DNA of 32,000 nt from Rhodospirillaceae bacterium. GTDB lineage: Bacteria > Pseudomonadota > Alphaproteobacteria > Rhodospirillales > Rhodospirillaceae. The stretch's first letter is position 1. Each line of letters opens with the position of its first letter. This document shows, piece after piece, positions 20,059-30,493 of this stretch. The notes below the pieces were generated by a model. That model did not search any database and had not been told where the DNA came from. It saw nothing but the letters and a program-made list of their open reading frames with translations. Both the position numbers and the translations under genes were made by a program. Where the stretch lies: positions 1,188,219 to 1,220,218 of the forward strand of contig OY764545.1 in NCBI GenBank assembly GCA_963668495.1, in the 5' to 3' direction.

Positions 20059-22122
20059 ATGTTTTATTTTCTGCCACGAGGGACAATTTCAGATTTTATC
20101 AAACTTGCATCTACTTTCGTGCACCTAATAACAGATGAGAACTGTAGGGATGTCAATGAAGAGGCCTATGAAGATGCAACGACACAGATAAAAGAAGTTT
20201 TACAACAGGATGAAGGTGACCCTGTAATTGCCATATTCCAACTGATGAAAACGCTAGAAATTGCAGTTCACACGGGTGATGTTTCAAAACACATATGGCT
20301 CTTAGCTGACACAATCCATTCTGCCGTTAACAGTTGTAAAGTATGCGCCTCATTAAAAGATAAAAAGTCTTGGGGTATTGCTTTGCAGCACGCTGTATCC
20401 GCAATAAACAGCACGCAAACAGATACCTCCATGTCTATGCAATGGAGAGGCTCGATTATTGCTAGCGAACTCGTAAGGCTAAAAAGGGTAGGAATTCCTT
20501 ATGAGATAGGTGAAGGCAACCGCTTCCTATCTGAAAAAAACACCAGGAGACTGTGCCTAAGAATTGAAAAGGATATAATAAAGGTTGGTGGGGAAGCTGC
20601 AGCTAACGCACTCCTAGATCTAATGCGTAGAAGCAATAGAATTCAACACGGAATGCTAATTCATGCGAGGAGCGTATCGCAGCTATATGGAAAGTCCAAA
20701 GCAGGCACACCATGGCATTATATCTACTCCCTTTGCATGAAGCACATTGATAAGCCGAACTCTTCTCGCGATCCCGCGAAAACAATGCAACATATGGAAG
20801 ATCTATCTGTTGCCTTGGCAGCAACTTATGATGTCGAAACGCATAGTGCGTACGAATACATGTCGATTTCACCTCATTCTTTTCTATGCATTCTCAGGGA
20901 AATGATTGTTTACGATGAGTTATTCGCATTCCCGCAGATGCATCCTAGAAGTGCTGCCTTTATCCTAAAAAATCTGCTTCCGGCGCTACAAAAACACAAA
21001 CTAGAGCTGCCTATTGCTAACGATGGAATCTGGAATAGTGTTTTTGAATGGGTACTTGAAGCATCCAATGGCGCATCCATCAAAGCTGTGCATCCCTTCC
21101 AGCTACCCATGAACAATGCCTCACAGGAGGCTCTTGATAAAATATTTGCTGCACTACTGCTGAAGCCATCAAAGCGGAATCAAAAATACCTAACCCCTAC
21201 AGATACTTTTGAAAGAACCAGCACATTTTTTCCCATTATTGAGAAAGATGCCTCAACATATTTAATTCAGCCAAAAGGGATTGCCTCACGCGCTCTTATT
21301 GAAAGGCTATTTGATCTTATTCGCACCCATAATGGCGAAGAAACAGACAAAAAAATAGGGTTTGCATTCGAGACTGTAACAGAGGCTATCCTCAAACATT
21401 TCAACCTAAATGTGACCTTTTCCAACGCGAAATACATTCCGAGCAAAGGGTTTGATGCTGAGATCGACTTCGTGATTGAAACGGATGAACGAATTTTCAT
21501 CATCGAATGCAAAAAGAAACCACTGAAAACCGCATCAAAAAGAGGTGAGTATCTAAGTCAGCTTGATGACTTCAATAAAAGTTATCTCAAAATGATGGAC
21601 CAGTTAACAAAGCATGAATTGTATTTGCGGGAAAATGGAAAAATCATTTTCTCTGATAAAACTGTCCTAGAGTTAAAAGGAAGAAGCATTGAAAAAATTG
21701 CACTGAGTCTGTTGGATCATGGCTCAATACAAGACAGAACGCTTGTTTCAGAAATTTTCCTTTCCCTTATGAATGCAAAGATGGGAGCAGAAAGAAAAGA
21801 AGCTGAGAAGATTATAAAAGTAACGAATAAGCTTCTGTCCTCACTGCAAAACACCATGGGGAATTTGGAATCTCTCCCACATGATTATGGAAAAGACTTC
21901 TGGCATGGCTACATGTTTTCAACCTGGTGGTTAAGCGCAGATCAACTCTTTTTCATTTTGGAGCAAAGCAATGATTTATGGAGTGGATTGCGGCGGATAC
22001 GGCATTTAACCTACAGAACATACGATTTCTTCTATGAATTCACACAAGCAGCAAAACTGGGGGAGATCTCCTCAACCCTTGTTACGCACGCAGAGAAAAC
22101 TTCAGCCAGGGCGCAGCTGTAA
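20059..22122 (+). CDS. large hypothetical protein with a C-terminal PD-(D/E)xK (NERD/restriction-endonuclease-like) motif
   Basis: Track ORF 19969..22122 (TTG start). I prefer ATG at 20059, directly after AGGAGGGAC. Nuclease-like core: GFAFETVTEAILKHF...GFDAEIDFVIETDERIFIIECKKKPL (E ... D ... E-x-K). The ~480-aa N-terminal part has no motif I recognise. Confidence 0.7.
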   Translation: MFYFLPRGTISDFIKLASTFVHLITDENCRDVNEEAYEDATTQIKEVLQQDEGDPVIAIFQLMKTLEIAVHTGDVSKHIWLLADTIHSAVNSCKVCASLKDKKSWGIALQHAVSAINSTQTDTSMSMQWRGSIIASELVRLKRVGIPYEIGEGNRFLSEKNTRRLCLRIEKDIIKVGGEAAANALLDLMRRSNRIQHGMLIHARSVSQLYGKSKAGTPWHYIYSLCMKHIDKPNSSRDPAKTMQHMEDLSVALAATYDVETHSAYEYMSISPHSFLCILREMIVYDELFAFPQMHPRSAAFILKNLLPALQKHKLELPIANDGIWNSVFEWVLEASNGASIKAVHPFQLPMNNASQEALDKIFAALLLKPSKRNQKYLTPTDTFERTSTFFPIIEKDASTYLIQPKGIASRALIERLFDLIRTHNGEETDKKIGFAFETVTEAILKHFNLNVTFSNAKYIPSKGFDAEIDFVIETDERIFIIECKKKPLKTASKRGEYLSQLDDFNKSYLKMMDQLTKHELYLRENGKIIFSDKTVLELKGRSIEKIALSLLDHGSIQDRTLVSEIFLSLMNAKMGAERKEAEKIIKVTNKLLSSLQNTMGNLESLPHDYGKDFWHGYMFSTWWLSADQLFFILEQSNDLWSGLRRIRHLTYRTYDFFYEFTQAAKLGEISSTLVTHAEKTSARAQL

Positions 22123-22200
22123 TCTGTAGCTAATTTGAGCTGTCGAAAATTAGAACTCTCCCGCTGAGCGTGTGGCAGGAATCAGGAGTCCATGCATTCC

Positions 22201-22325
22201 GATGGCTGATTTCGATGGGGTTTTCTGAACACTATTTTCTGCGGCAGGCAGGCGCAAAAAAAAGACGACCGCCCCACACGGGGGAGATCGCCCGAACCGT
22301 CTATAACCATAAGCCGCTCAGATTT
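22201..22325. repeat. copy B of the ~125-bp imperfect direct repeat (partner at 11433-11555)
   Basis: See copy A. It lies in the 233-bp convergent gap between the 20059-22122 gene and the RT gene, beginning 30 nt 3' of the RT stop. On the minus strand it contains AGACG...CCCC-cgtgt-GGGG...CGTCT followed by T8. Confidence 0.85.
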
Positions 22326-22355
22326 TTGCGACAAAAACAAAGCAGATACTAAGAA

Positions 22356-23828
22356 TCAACTTATGGCTTCTGCACGACGCTTAAGTTCCTGTAGAACTTC
22401 TCGATAACGAGTAATGTCAGCCCCTTCTTTCAGGGCCTCAAAGCTTGATAGGTAACTCATATATCCTGTCAACCGCCGGATCAGATCTGGAGACGGCTTT
22501 TCCTCTTTCCTCGCGTTATTAAACGCTGCGCGTATCCCTCTCCTAAAATCTCGTGGAGGCCGCGCTTGTTCATTAACCACAATTCCAGTGACCCTTTGCT
22601 GGCCATGAGCACTTACTATCCTGGTTTTCCGATCATTAATCTCTAGAGCAAAGCGTTCACGTAAAAGATCACGAGCGATACCAATTGCCTGCACAATCTC
22701 AGCTTTGTTGTCGCCGCTGACAGTCAGGTCATCTGCATATCGCGAGTATGTCAAACCGACCCCAGAACAATGAGAATCCATGATCACATCAAAATCATAA
22801 AGGTATGCATTTGACAGAACTGGACTTGTAGGCGCTCCCTGAGGCAAAACACCGTGAAATGTTGACAGCTTAACAAGTATTTCAGCGGAGCGATTGCTCA
22901 AGCCATAATCCATTAACATCCGGTGTATGTTCACAGATGTCACGCTGCCGAAGAAGTCAGAAATATCAACTCCGGCCACGAACTGCTTCCCCGTATGTAG
23001 TGATGCATTGGAGTTGATCGAACCACCAAGCCGATAGGAATGCACACTCTCATGCACAGGCAAGCAAATGTAATAATAGTCAGCTAAGAACTGCTGGATC
23101 ACCTTTAAGAAGGTACGAGGGCTGTTAATGCTCCGCTTGCCACCACCACGTTTAACGAGGTCAAACTGCCTATAGTGACGAGTGGGGGCAAAAGCAATCT
23201 GTGCGATTAGCCTCGGGGAAATACCAAGCATCAATCCTATCGTTTGATAGTCCAGCTCTAGTGCAGGAGCAGGCTTCAGGGAGGCAACTGCTAACTGGGT
23301 TATATTACTAAATGACAGAAACGGAAGAAAAGAGGGGCCATGTGAGGGCTGCGATTGACCAGTTTCATCTATCAACTGCATTGAGAAGCGAGGCCAATAA
23401 AGTTGGCCTTGAGGAAGCGAAAGACCGGCTTTATTGGCCTCGCGTCCTTTTATAAAGAATCTATCATCCACAGACGGCGCAACGCCGCCCAATTCAGATG
23501 CAACATCCTCACATGACTTTATCAGTCTACCTTCACGGGACCTTTTCAGCAAGTAGAGCCTAATCTTGTCACGAGACAACCTCTTACGTTTTGACAGATA
23601 GTTATTGCCATGATCTGTAAGGGTAAAGAGATCAGGGTCGCGAGAAACACGCACTAACCGCTTCTCTTTTTCTTGGATCATACACAGCTGCTGAAACAAG
23701 CTCACATCTGGAAGCTTCCCTGCTTCGTCAAAAACAAGCTCGAAATATCTTTGCACTTCGGCTGCTGCAACTGGCTGCAGAATACCAATAGCCCAAAGAA
23801 GCAGCTCCTGATTATAGACTGACTTCAT
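22356..23828 (-). CDS. retron-type reverse transcriptase with a ~215-aa N-terminal extension
   Basis: 490 aa. RT motifs: KRGGGKRSINSPRTFLKVIQQFL; retron-typical NAxxH (SINSNASLHTG); VAGVDISDFFGSV; LPQGAPTSPVLSNAYL; YADD box (SRYADDLTVSG); retron-typical VTG (QQRVTGIVVNE). AAGGAG RBS. The ATG overlaps the upstream stop (ATGA at 23825-23828). Confidence 0.85.
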   Translation of the reverse strand: MKSVYNQELLLWAIGILQPVAAAEVQRYFELVFDEAGKLPDVSLFQQLCMIQEKEKRLVRVSRDPDLFTLTDHGNNYLSKRKRLSRDKIRLYLLKRSREGRLIKSCEDVASELGGVAPSVDDRFFIKGREANKAGLSLPQGQLYWPRFSMQLIDETGQSQPSHGPSFLPFLSFSNITQLAVASLKPAPALELDYQTIGLMLGISPRLIAQIAFAPTRHYRQFDLVKRGGGKRSINSPRTFLKVIQQFLADYYYICLPVHESVHSYRLGGSINSNASLHTGKQFVAGVDISDFFGSVTSVNIHRMLMDYGLSNRSAEILVKLSTFHGVLPQGAPTSPVLSNAYLYDFDVIMDSHCSGVGLTYSRYADDLTVSGDNKAEIVQAIGIARDLLRERFALEINDRKTRIVSAHGQQRVTGIVVNEQARPPRDFRRGIRAAFNNARKEEKPSPDLIRRLTGYMSYLSSFEALKEGADITRYREVLQELKRRAEAIS

Positions 23829-24442
23829 AGGGTTCTCCTTGGCCTTCCCCTGCCATCTTTATCGATCATCGTTTTTCGAAGGTTGAATCGGTTGATTAGC
23901 GGCTTCACATCATACGTATTGTAGTTGACATATTCTGTCTGCCCAAAGGCTGCCACAATATTGGCAGGTCCCTCATTAAAGTAGCTCTTACTGTCCTTAT
24001 ACTTTTCGTCAACGAGTAGAATGAAGTCCTTCTCAGGACCGTTTTGTTTGATGGCTCCTTTTGGATGGGCAAAATGCCAACTAAACAAGCCTAGCTCACA
24101 GAACGCACCAATTGCTGTCTTTCCAGTCACAATAATTACGGCATCACAGTATTTTGCAATGTATTGAAGCTCATTGTCTTGTGCATCTTTACCAACATGA
24201 ATGCGTGGATTTTCAAGGCCGTCATCTTCGCCAAGAACAACATCAAAGCCATTTTGTTCCAGTTCATGCTTGATCTTAGCTCTAAGGATTGCGGCCTCAT
24301 CATGTCCTGGCCTTTCTGGGTCCTCAATGACATCCTTTATTGCAGGCCCACAAAGAAACACAATGAAAGGAGTGTCCTCTGATTCTTGCAATAACGCTTC
24401 ACGGTGCATTTTAAAGGTTTCGTCTTTAAACCCAGCGGGCAT
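23825..24442 (-). CDS. nucleoside 2-deoxyribosyltransferase-like (NDT/Rossmann-like) protein, putative retron effector
   Basis: About 205 aa. FIVFLCGPAI (compare the YLAGP N-terminal motif of NDT-like proteins) and CDAVIIVTGKTAIGAFCELGLFS (compare D.vv..l.....G...ElG.A). The gene order NDT-like then RT is that of type II (Sen2-like) retrons. ATG at 24442 shares its A with the hsdS TGA; the track's GTG at 24445 is the alternative start. The domain call is by eye only, and a TIR-like/SLOG fold is an alternative. Confidence 0.55.
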   Translation of the reverse strand: MPAGFKDETFKMHREALLQESEDTPFIVFLCGPAIKDVIEDPERPGHDEAAILRAKIKHELEQNGFDVVLGEDDGLENPRIHVGKDAQDNELQYIAKYCDAVIIVTGKTAIGAFCELGLFSWHFAHPKGAIKQNGPEKDFILLVDEKYKDSKSYFNEGPANIVAAFGQTEYVNYNTYDVKPLINRFNLRKTMIDKDGRGRPRRTL

Positions 24443-25629
24443 CACAAGTCTCCACGAAATGCGCGTTGGGAGAGGGACGAAAACAACTGATCACATGCTT
24501 CAAGGTCAGTTGAAAGTTTGACCCCAAGAAGCCGAACTTTATCAACGATCCGTCTATATTCTTGCTGTAGCTCAATAGGCGGGATCGTAATACGAATTTC
24601 CTGAACTTCTTGCGCGTTGATATTCGCCATACCCACGATATTTTTGCACATCCCTCTTAGAGTCGCCTTGCCGTGGTTTGAATTTAAATACCCTGATATG
24701 TAGTACGGATCAGCCAGATCGTTGGCTCTCATACGAACGAGATAACCAGCAAAAGCGTATTGCTCATCTCGATCAAATACAGCCGTTTTTCCTACAAGTT
24801 CCTTGCTATTCGTTCTGTTAAACAGGATATCGTCTGCACTAACGAGGTACTTACTATGTTCATGCTCAGGAAGATCAATGTACTTTAAATCAGATGTATC
24901 AATCCTGCCTTCATAGGTCAGGTTTCCCATCCTTAGAATTGGGAATTGCCCGTTTTGCACATCGGCCTTTGCTGAGGTCCCGTACTTTGCCTCAGAAACA
25001 AGATCTCTAATCGTGCCCATTGGCCAGCCTTTTGGGTTCGTCACAGGATCGCCGAACATGTCGAGGAAGGTTGCGCGAAGGAAATCGTCGGCCAGTTGTA
25101 GGGCTTGCTGGCGTTTGCGGCGGATGGCGTCGGCCTTATCCAAAATCGCAGCAATCCGCTTTTGCTCTTCGAGAGGGGGCAAAGGAATCTGCAAATCTGC
25201 TAGCTTTGCTTTGTTGAGCGTTTTGCCCATAACAGCCCGGTCAGTCCCTTGCATTAGGTCAATGACCTGCAATGACCAATAAAGATATTTTGCATCAAGT
25301 AAGGTGCCGTTCTTAATTGGAAGAGCCGCGATTGCCTCATTGGTGTAAATTGGCACCCCAGAAATAGCTACCTTTCCAATTGATAATTTAAAGCTTAACA
25401 GCACCGTTCCAGCCGAAACAATTTTACAGTTGCATTCCTCAACTGCTGCGTCAGAGATGCGCTCCTTCGTACGGGAAACACACTCGTCACCTTTCATATC
25501 GGAAATAGCTAACCACGGGTTAGCCCCACCCCAATATCTTGTTTCGTTCCTTGATGGTGTTTTACCTATGTTTATTTCGCATAGGTCAGCTAGACGACAC
25601 CCCTTCCAACCATATTTTTTTGTGCTCAC
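24442..25629 (-). CDS. hsdS: Type I restriction-modification specificity subunit
   Basis: 395 aa. Two target-recognition halves are separated by the conserved central helix ([44 protein letters not shown]). The protein ends with the conserved distal helix ([16 protein letters not shown]...[14 protein letters not shown]). The GTG start overlaps the hsdM stop (GTGA at 25626-25629). Confidence 0.92.
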   Translation of the reverse strand: MSTKKYGWKGCRLADLCEINIGKTPSRNETRYWGGANPWLAISDMKGDECVSRTKERISDAAVEECNCKIVSAGTVLLSFKLSIGKVAISGVPIYTNEAIAALPIKNGTLLDAKYLYWSLQVIDLMQGTDRAVMGKTLNKAKLADLQIPLPPLEEQKRIAAILDKADAIRRKRQQALQLADDFLRATFLDMFGDPVTNPKGWPMGTIRDLVSEAKYGTSAKADVQNGQFPILRMGNLTYEGRIDTSDLKYIDLPEHEHSKYLVSADDILFNRTNSKELVGKTAVFDRDEQYAFAGYLVRMRANDLADPYYISGYLNSNHGKATLRGMCKNIVGMANINAQEVQEIRITIPPIELQQEYRRIVDKVRLLGVKLSTDLEACDQLFSSLSQRAFRGDL

Positions 25630-27140
25630 CCCAGCATCTCCTCAAGGTCTTGCATGTCTTGAGCGATATCGGCGTGAAGGGCCTTCATACGAGCAAGGAT
25701 TTCCTGCGGTGGATCGTATTCTTCTTCCTCGTACACCACTTCTTTGTAACGGCTGAGGGAGAGGTCGTATTTTTTGGCCTTGATCTCCTCGGCTGACACA
25801 AAGAACGCTTTGCTGCTTTTATCTGTATCGTTCTGTGGATCGCGCTCTTGCCAGCGTTTCAAGCAGTCGGGTAGATCGTTCTCTGCCACTTTCTCCCGCT
25901 TATCATCAAGACTGAAACCATCGGCCTGCACATCATAGAAAAACACGTTGTCCGTCTGACCGCCTTTGGTGAAAACCAAGATAGCAGTGGAAACACCTGC
26001 GTAGGGCTTGAACACACCAGACGGCAGCGAGATCACAGCCTCCAGCTGGTTTTGCTCGATCAGCATTTGCCGCAAAGCCTGATGCGCCTTGGAAGAGCCA
26101 AACAATACACCATCTGGCACAATGGTTGCTGACCGTCCGCCCAATTTCAGCATCCGCAGGATCAGAACGAGAAACAGCAGTTCCGTCTTTTTAGTTTTGA
26201 CGTTGGCCAGCAAGCTAGGGTGGACATCATCGTAATCGAGGCTGCCCTTAAACGGTGGGTTGGCAAGGACCACATCCAGACTGTCATTGGCAAACTGCGG
26301 GAAACGATCCGGGAAGTTGTTGGCCAGCGTATCTTGATAGTGAATATCCGGCGCATCCACACCATGCAGTAACAGATTCATGGCGGCAATGCGCAGCATG
26401 GTGGCATCAAAGTCAAAACCATGAAACATGCCCCGGCGCATATGCTCCCGCGCCTCGTCACTCAGCAAGTCCCCGGTGTAGGTGGTTTCATCGGTCACTT
26501 CGTCAACGATAACACCCTCCGGTGAGGTGTTCTTCCTCACCAGGTACTTGGCAACCTCCACCAAGAAACCAGCCGTGCCACAAGCCGGATCACCAACAGT
26601 TTCCATGGGTTGCGGCGCAACGATGTCGATCATCAGGTCAATGATATGACGCGGTGTGCGGAACTGACCGTTGATGCCTGCAGTGGTCAGTTTGCTCAAC
26701 AGGTATTCGTACAGGTTGCCTTTGGTGTCTTCATCGCCCAGTGGCAGATCGTCGATCATCTCCACCGCCGAAACCAACAGGCTCGGCTTTTGGATCATCA
26801 ACTGGGCATCTTTCATGTATTCGCCAAAGGTCGCCCCGTCGACCATGGTGGTCCTGAAGTGCGGGAAGACCCGATCCCGGACCAGTGGCATCAGTTGCTC
26901 TGCGCCCATGTGACGAAAATTGGACCACCGCAGGTCTTGATCCTCTGGCCCGAATAGACGCGGGAAGTCCTTACCGGACAGGCGAGCCTTTTGCTCGTTC
27001 TTGATTTCGGTCATATCCAAGTGGCGGGCAAACATCAGGAAAGTGATCTGCTCGATCACCGTCAACGGATTGGCAATGCCGCCCGTCCAAAATTCGGTCC
27101 ACAGTTTGTCGATACGACTGCGCAAATCACCTGTAATCAT
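25626..27140 (-). CDS. hsdM: Type I restriction-modification N6-adenine DNA methyltransferase subunit
   Basis: 504 aa. HsdM N-terminal domain ([25 protein letters not shown]). SAM motif ([12 protein letters not shown]). Catalytic NPPF ([10 protein letters not shown]). The ATG overlaps the hsdR stop (ATGA at 27137-27140). Confidence 0.96.
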   Translation of the reverse strand: MITGDLRSRIDKLWTEFWTGGIANPLTVIEQITFLMFARHLDMTEIKNEQKARLSGKDFPRLFGPEDQDLRWSNFRHMGAEQLMPLVRDRVFPHFRTTMVDGATFGEYMKDAQLMIQKPSLLVSAVEMIDDLPLGDEDTKGNLYEYLLSKLTTAGINGQFRTPRHIIDLMIDIVAPQPMETVGDPACGTAGFLVEVAKYLVRKNTSPEGVIVDEVTDETTYTGDLLSDEAREHMRRGMFHGFDFDATMLRIAAMNLLLHGVDAPDIHYQDTLANNFPDRFPQFANDSLDVVLANPPFKGSLDYDDVHPSLLANVKTKKTELLFLVLILRMLKLGGRSATIVPDGVLFGSSKAHQALRQMLIEQNQLEAVISLPSGVFKPYAGVSTAILVFTKGGQTDNVFFYDVQADGFSLDDKREKVAENDLPDCLKRWQERDPQNDTDKSSKAFFVSAEEIKAKKYDLSLSRYKEVVYEEEEYDPPQEILARMKALHADIAQDMQDLEEMLG

Positions 27141-30100
27141 TGGAGGGTACTTTCATCACTACTACTGTTGAGGTTGCCTTGCGGCTTAAACGTTTTGACA
27201 ACGTTCAGCAAGTCCTGACGTTGTTCATCGTTCGGGAATAGACCAAATACGCCCAGTTGATCCAGTTTAGTGAACGGAGAGTCAACCAGCTGCTCAACCT
27301 CAACACTGCCGTTCTGGGCAATCAAGCGTTCCAGAAGGCGTAAAAACTGGGTTTGCTTGGCGCTGAGCGAAGGGTTGCGATGGACAAACTCCTGGAACCG
27401 ATCCCGCACCGCGTCCACATCCATGCCAATGATGTTACGGATAATCAGGTCCAGATGATCAGCTAGATCCGGGTAGAACTCCCGCAGAATATTCAAATCC
27501 ACATCCGGGTGTTCGGTCAAAACCATGGAGATCAAACGATCAAGGTCGGTTTGTGATACGGGTTGCCCTGCCCGGATCTTCTGCAAAGTCGGATCTTTAT
27601 CAAACAGCGCGCTCAGGGCTTCTTCTACCCGTTTGCGGTAAACAGCCTGATCAATGGAGATGAGCCCTGTTGTCGTCTGTCCTGTTCGGATGCCATCCGG
27701 GTCTTCCTCAATATCGATAACCTTTGGCGTGATGGGTTTTGCCGAAGATGTGTCCTGATACTGCATAATGGATCGCAGCTCTGTCCGTACGTTTTCCAGC
27801 TGTGCCAGCGAAACCGCAGCCCAGAACGGGCCAGACTTCACTTGCTTGATGGTTTCCGCTTTGGCCTTGACCTGATTGAGGTTCATACGCAAGCGGTTGA
27901 CAGCGTTCAGCAGATCGCCCTTAAGACCCTCAAAGGCTTGTGTTTGCTGGATCAGGGCGGTTTGCATCTGGGTCATCAAAAGGTCAAAACCATAGGCGTC
28001 GCTTTGTCCACGGATATTGATCCACTGCGTCAGGGGGCTGATCTCTGCCCGTAGGGCCTGCACAGTCATGGGGTCAAATCGCTCGATCACGCCTTGTTGT
28101 TGGATGGTTAGGACTTCCTGCCACTTTTCCCGCACAGCAATACTATCCGCAGGCAGACTGTTAACGTCCTGCTCCAGCAGCTTTACCGTGTTGTTGAAAG
28201 AGTCCAGTTCCGGTGCGTTCAGGGCGGCCTCAGCCAAATCAATCCGTGCGTTGAACAGGCGTTGCATCAAAGACGTTGGGGCTGATGGTTCGGCTTCCGG
28301 CTTGTTCTGCTCGAAGTACTCGAAATTTGCCCAATGGTCAAAAATGCGGAATACGGACTTATCAAGTCCCGGACCAAACAAATCTTCACATAGGCGAGTG
28401 CCACGTCCGATCATCTGCCAGAACTTGACCTTGGACTTCACAGGCTTGGCAAAGACCAGGTTGACCACTTCCGGTACATCAATGCCCGTATCCAGCATGT
28501 CCACGGAGATCGCGATGGTCAGATCCTTGTTGTTGCCATCACCTTTGAAATCATCAATCAGCTGCTCTGCACGAGGATCATGATTATCGATGACCTGACA
28601 GAACTTACCGCCATACTGCGGGTAGAGTTCGTTGAATAACTTCTCCAGTATCTTGGCATGGGTATGCCTGCGGGCAAAAATGATGGTTTTCCCAGGAAGT
28701 TGTCCGCTGGCGTCGCGGATACCATTTTCCATCAGGTTACGGATGATGTGGCGACCCGTGTCTTTATTGAATACTTTGTTGTCAACTTCATTGGCCTCAT
28801 GGTCCAAATCTTCATCGGCTTCGCCATCTTCCTCAAGCTGTGCCTTTTGCTCATCGGTCAGGTCTTTGTAGTGGATGCCATCACGCAGGAATTTGGTGGT
28901 GTGGGTGAAAACCTCATAGGGCACCAGCCACTCGTCCTTAACCGCATCTTCCAATGCGTAAAAGGCGGTGGGGTCCTGATTACTACAACCAAACAAACCA
29001 TATGTATTGCGAGAGATGAACTCGACAGGGGTTGCCGTCAGGCCAACCTGAAGCGCATCGAAATATTGGAAAATCTGACGGTAGCGATTGTAGATGCTGC
29101 GGTGGCTCTCATCGGCAATAACCAGATCAAAGAACCCCACATCAAACGCCTGAAAGATCGACTGCATGGCCGGATATGTGGCGACAAAGATGCGGCTCGT
29201 GTTGTCGTTTACAGACCTGCGCGAGACCACAGTCAGCGGTTCGCTCATGTTGTCGTTGAAAGCGTTCTTGGCCTGCTTCACCAATTCCTTACGATCACAG
29301 AGGAACAGAATACGTTTTGCCCAGTTTGCCCGCACCAACAAGTCCGTTAATGCAATGGCAACGCGGGTTTTCCCTGTGCCTGTGGCCTGAACGATCAAAG
29401 CTTTTCTGTGCTTGCTGCTGAAATTCTCACAGACGCGCTTGATGGTTTCGACTTGGTAGATCCGCCCGGCGATTTCTGCTTTTGGCGTGAAGGTATCAAG
29501 CTGCGCCTTATTGCTGCGCTGAAACTTGGCAAGATTGTGTAGGCTAGACTTGGAATAGAAGCCGAACAAAGGACGCGGAGGATAGCCCTGCGCATCATCC
29601 CAGATCCAAGTGTTGTAACCGTTGGTGTAAAAGATGACTGGGCGAAAGCCGTAGGTTTTCTCTAATCCCTCGGCATACAGCTCTGCTTGTTTACGGCCTT
29701 TCTCCTCGGACACGGATGTTTTCTTGGCCTCGATCACAGCCAGCGGCAAACCATCATCATCCCACAGCACGTAGTCGATATAGCCAATGCCCGTTGGATT
29801 GGGCTGGTGTTCGACTTTTTGCTCCAGCGTAACTTGATCCGGCTTATTGATATCCCATCCAGCCTCTGCCAGCGCCACGTCAATCAAACGCTTACGGGTT
29901 GTGGCTTCATCATACTGGAGTGCATCAGCAACCATCTGACTTTTGGCGGTGGTTTCGGCTTCAACAGCTAAGGCTTCATAATCTGCTTTGACCTTTTCAA
30001 GTGCAGCCAGTGCTTCCTCTAACCTAGCTTCGGTTGCCTTTTGCTCTTCAACGGCAGTGACCGCCTCGGCCTGCTGGTCTTTCGGCTGCTGGAATTTTGC

Positions 30101-30493
30101 AATGTCTCGCGGTTGTTGCCCTAGGCACCGCACAGCAAACCAGGCTGACGCCTCGAACAGCTCCTGAACAATCCAAAGGGCAGCTTGCGTTTCAACAGTC
30201 CCACCGTGGGCGGCCTTGTTGCCCTCTTTACGGGCGGCATGGAGTTTGTTGCGGATGACCGGGGGAACTGCGCTTTCAAAAGGCTTGGTGCGGAGGAGTT
30301 CGTCGAAAGTTGCACCTTGCGCCTTTTCGAGTCTCAGTTCCCAGTAGATGGCTTTGGTCAACTGTTCGGCAAGGGTGCGTAGTTTAACAAGGGCGCTAGC
30401 GGGATCTGCGTGGGCGTACTGTTCAGCAAAGCCGCCCAAATCAGCCAAGATCGGGCGATCCTTACGCAGGATCTCGAAATTCACAGACTCCAT
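27137..30493 (-). CDS. hsdR: Type I restriction enzyme R (endonuclease/helicase) subunit, with a DUF4145-like N-terminus and an EcoEI-R-type C-terminal region
   Basis: About 1118 aa. PD-(D/E)xK nuclease ([22 protein letters not shown]). SF2 motor: Walker A ([13 protein letters not shown]), DExH ([10 protein letters not shown]), later motifs ([13 protein letters not shown]). Track start GTG at 30496. The adjacent ATG at 30493 is better spaced from GGGGGA. Confidence 0.96.
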   Translation of the reverse strand: MESVNFEILRKDRPILADLGGFAEQYAHADPASALVKLRTLAEQLTKAIYWELRLEKAQGATFDELLRTKPFESAVPPVIRNKLHAARKEGNKAAHGGTVETQAALWIVQELFEASAWFAVRCLGQQPRDIAKFQQPKDQQAEAVTAVEEQKATEARLEEALAALEKVKADYEALAVEAETTAKSQMVADALQYDEATTRKRLIDVALAEAGWDINKPDQVTLEQKVEHQPNPTGIGYIDYVLWDDDGLPLAVIEAKKTSVSEEKGRKQAELYAEGLEKTYGFRPVIFYTNGYNTWIWDDAQGYPPRPLFGFYSKSSLHNLAKFQRSNKAQLDTFTPKAEIAGRIYQVETIKRVCENFSSKHRKALIVQATGTGKTRVAIALTDLLVRANWAKRILFLCDRKELVKQAKNAFNDNMSEPLTVVSRRSVNDNTSRIFVATYPAMQSIFQAFDVGFFDLVIADESHRSIYNRYRQIFQYFDALQVGLTATPVEFISRNTYGLFGCSNQDPTAFYALEDAVKDEWLVPYEVFTHTTKFLRDGIHYKDLTDEQKAQLEEDGEADEDLDHEANEVDNKVFNKDTGRHIIRNLMENGIRDASGQLPGKTIIFARRHTHAKILEKLFNELYPQYGGKFCQVIDNHDPRAEQLIDDFKGDGNNKDLTIAISVDMLDTGIDVPEVVNLVFAKPVKSKVKFWQMIGRGTRLCEDLFGPGLDKSVFRIFDHWANFEYFEQNKPEAEPSAPTSLMQRLFNARIDLAEAALNAPELDSFNNTVKLLEQDVNSLPADSIAVREKWQEVLTIQQQGVIERFDPMTVQALRAEISPLTQWINIRGQSDAYGFDLLMTQMQTALIQQTQAFEGLKGDLLNAVNRLRMNLNQVKAKAETIKQVKSGPFWAAVSLAQLENVRTELRSIMQYQDTSSAKPITPKVIDIEEDPDGIRTGQTTTGLISIDQAVYRKRVEEALSALFDKDPTLQKIRAGQPVSQTDLDRLISMVLTEHPDVDLNILREFYPDLADHLDLIIRNIIGMDVDAVRDRFQEFVHRNPSLSAKQTQFLRLLERLIAQNGSVEVEQLVDSPFTKLDQLGVFGLFPNDEQRQDLLNVVKTFKPQGNLNSSSDESTLQ

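Noticed and set aside
22170-22352. 60-aa plus-strand ORF across repeat copy B
   Set aside because: The equivalent frame in copy A is broken by an indel and a stop. There is no RBS.
27270-30382. Plus-strand ORFs inside hsdR (e.g. 28658-29350, 230 aa; 28017-28583, 188 aa; 27563-28054, 163 aa)
   Set aside because: They are antisense to a full-length HsdR carrying all nuclease and helicase motifs. They are shadow ORFs.
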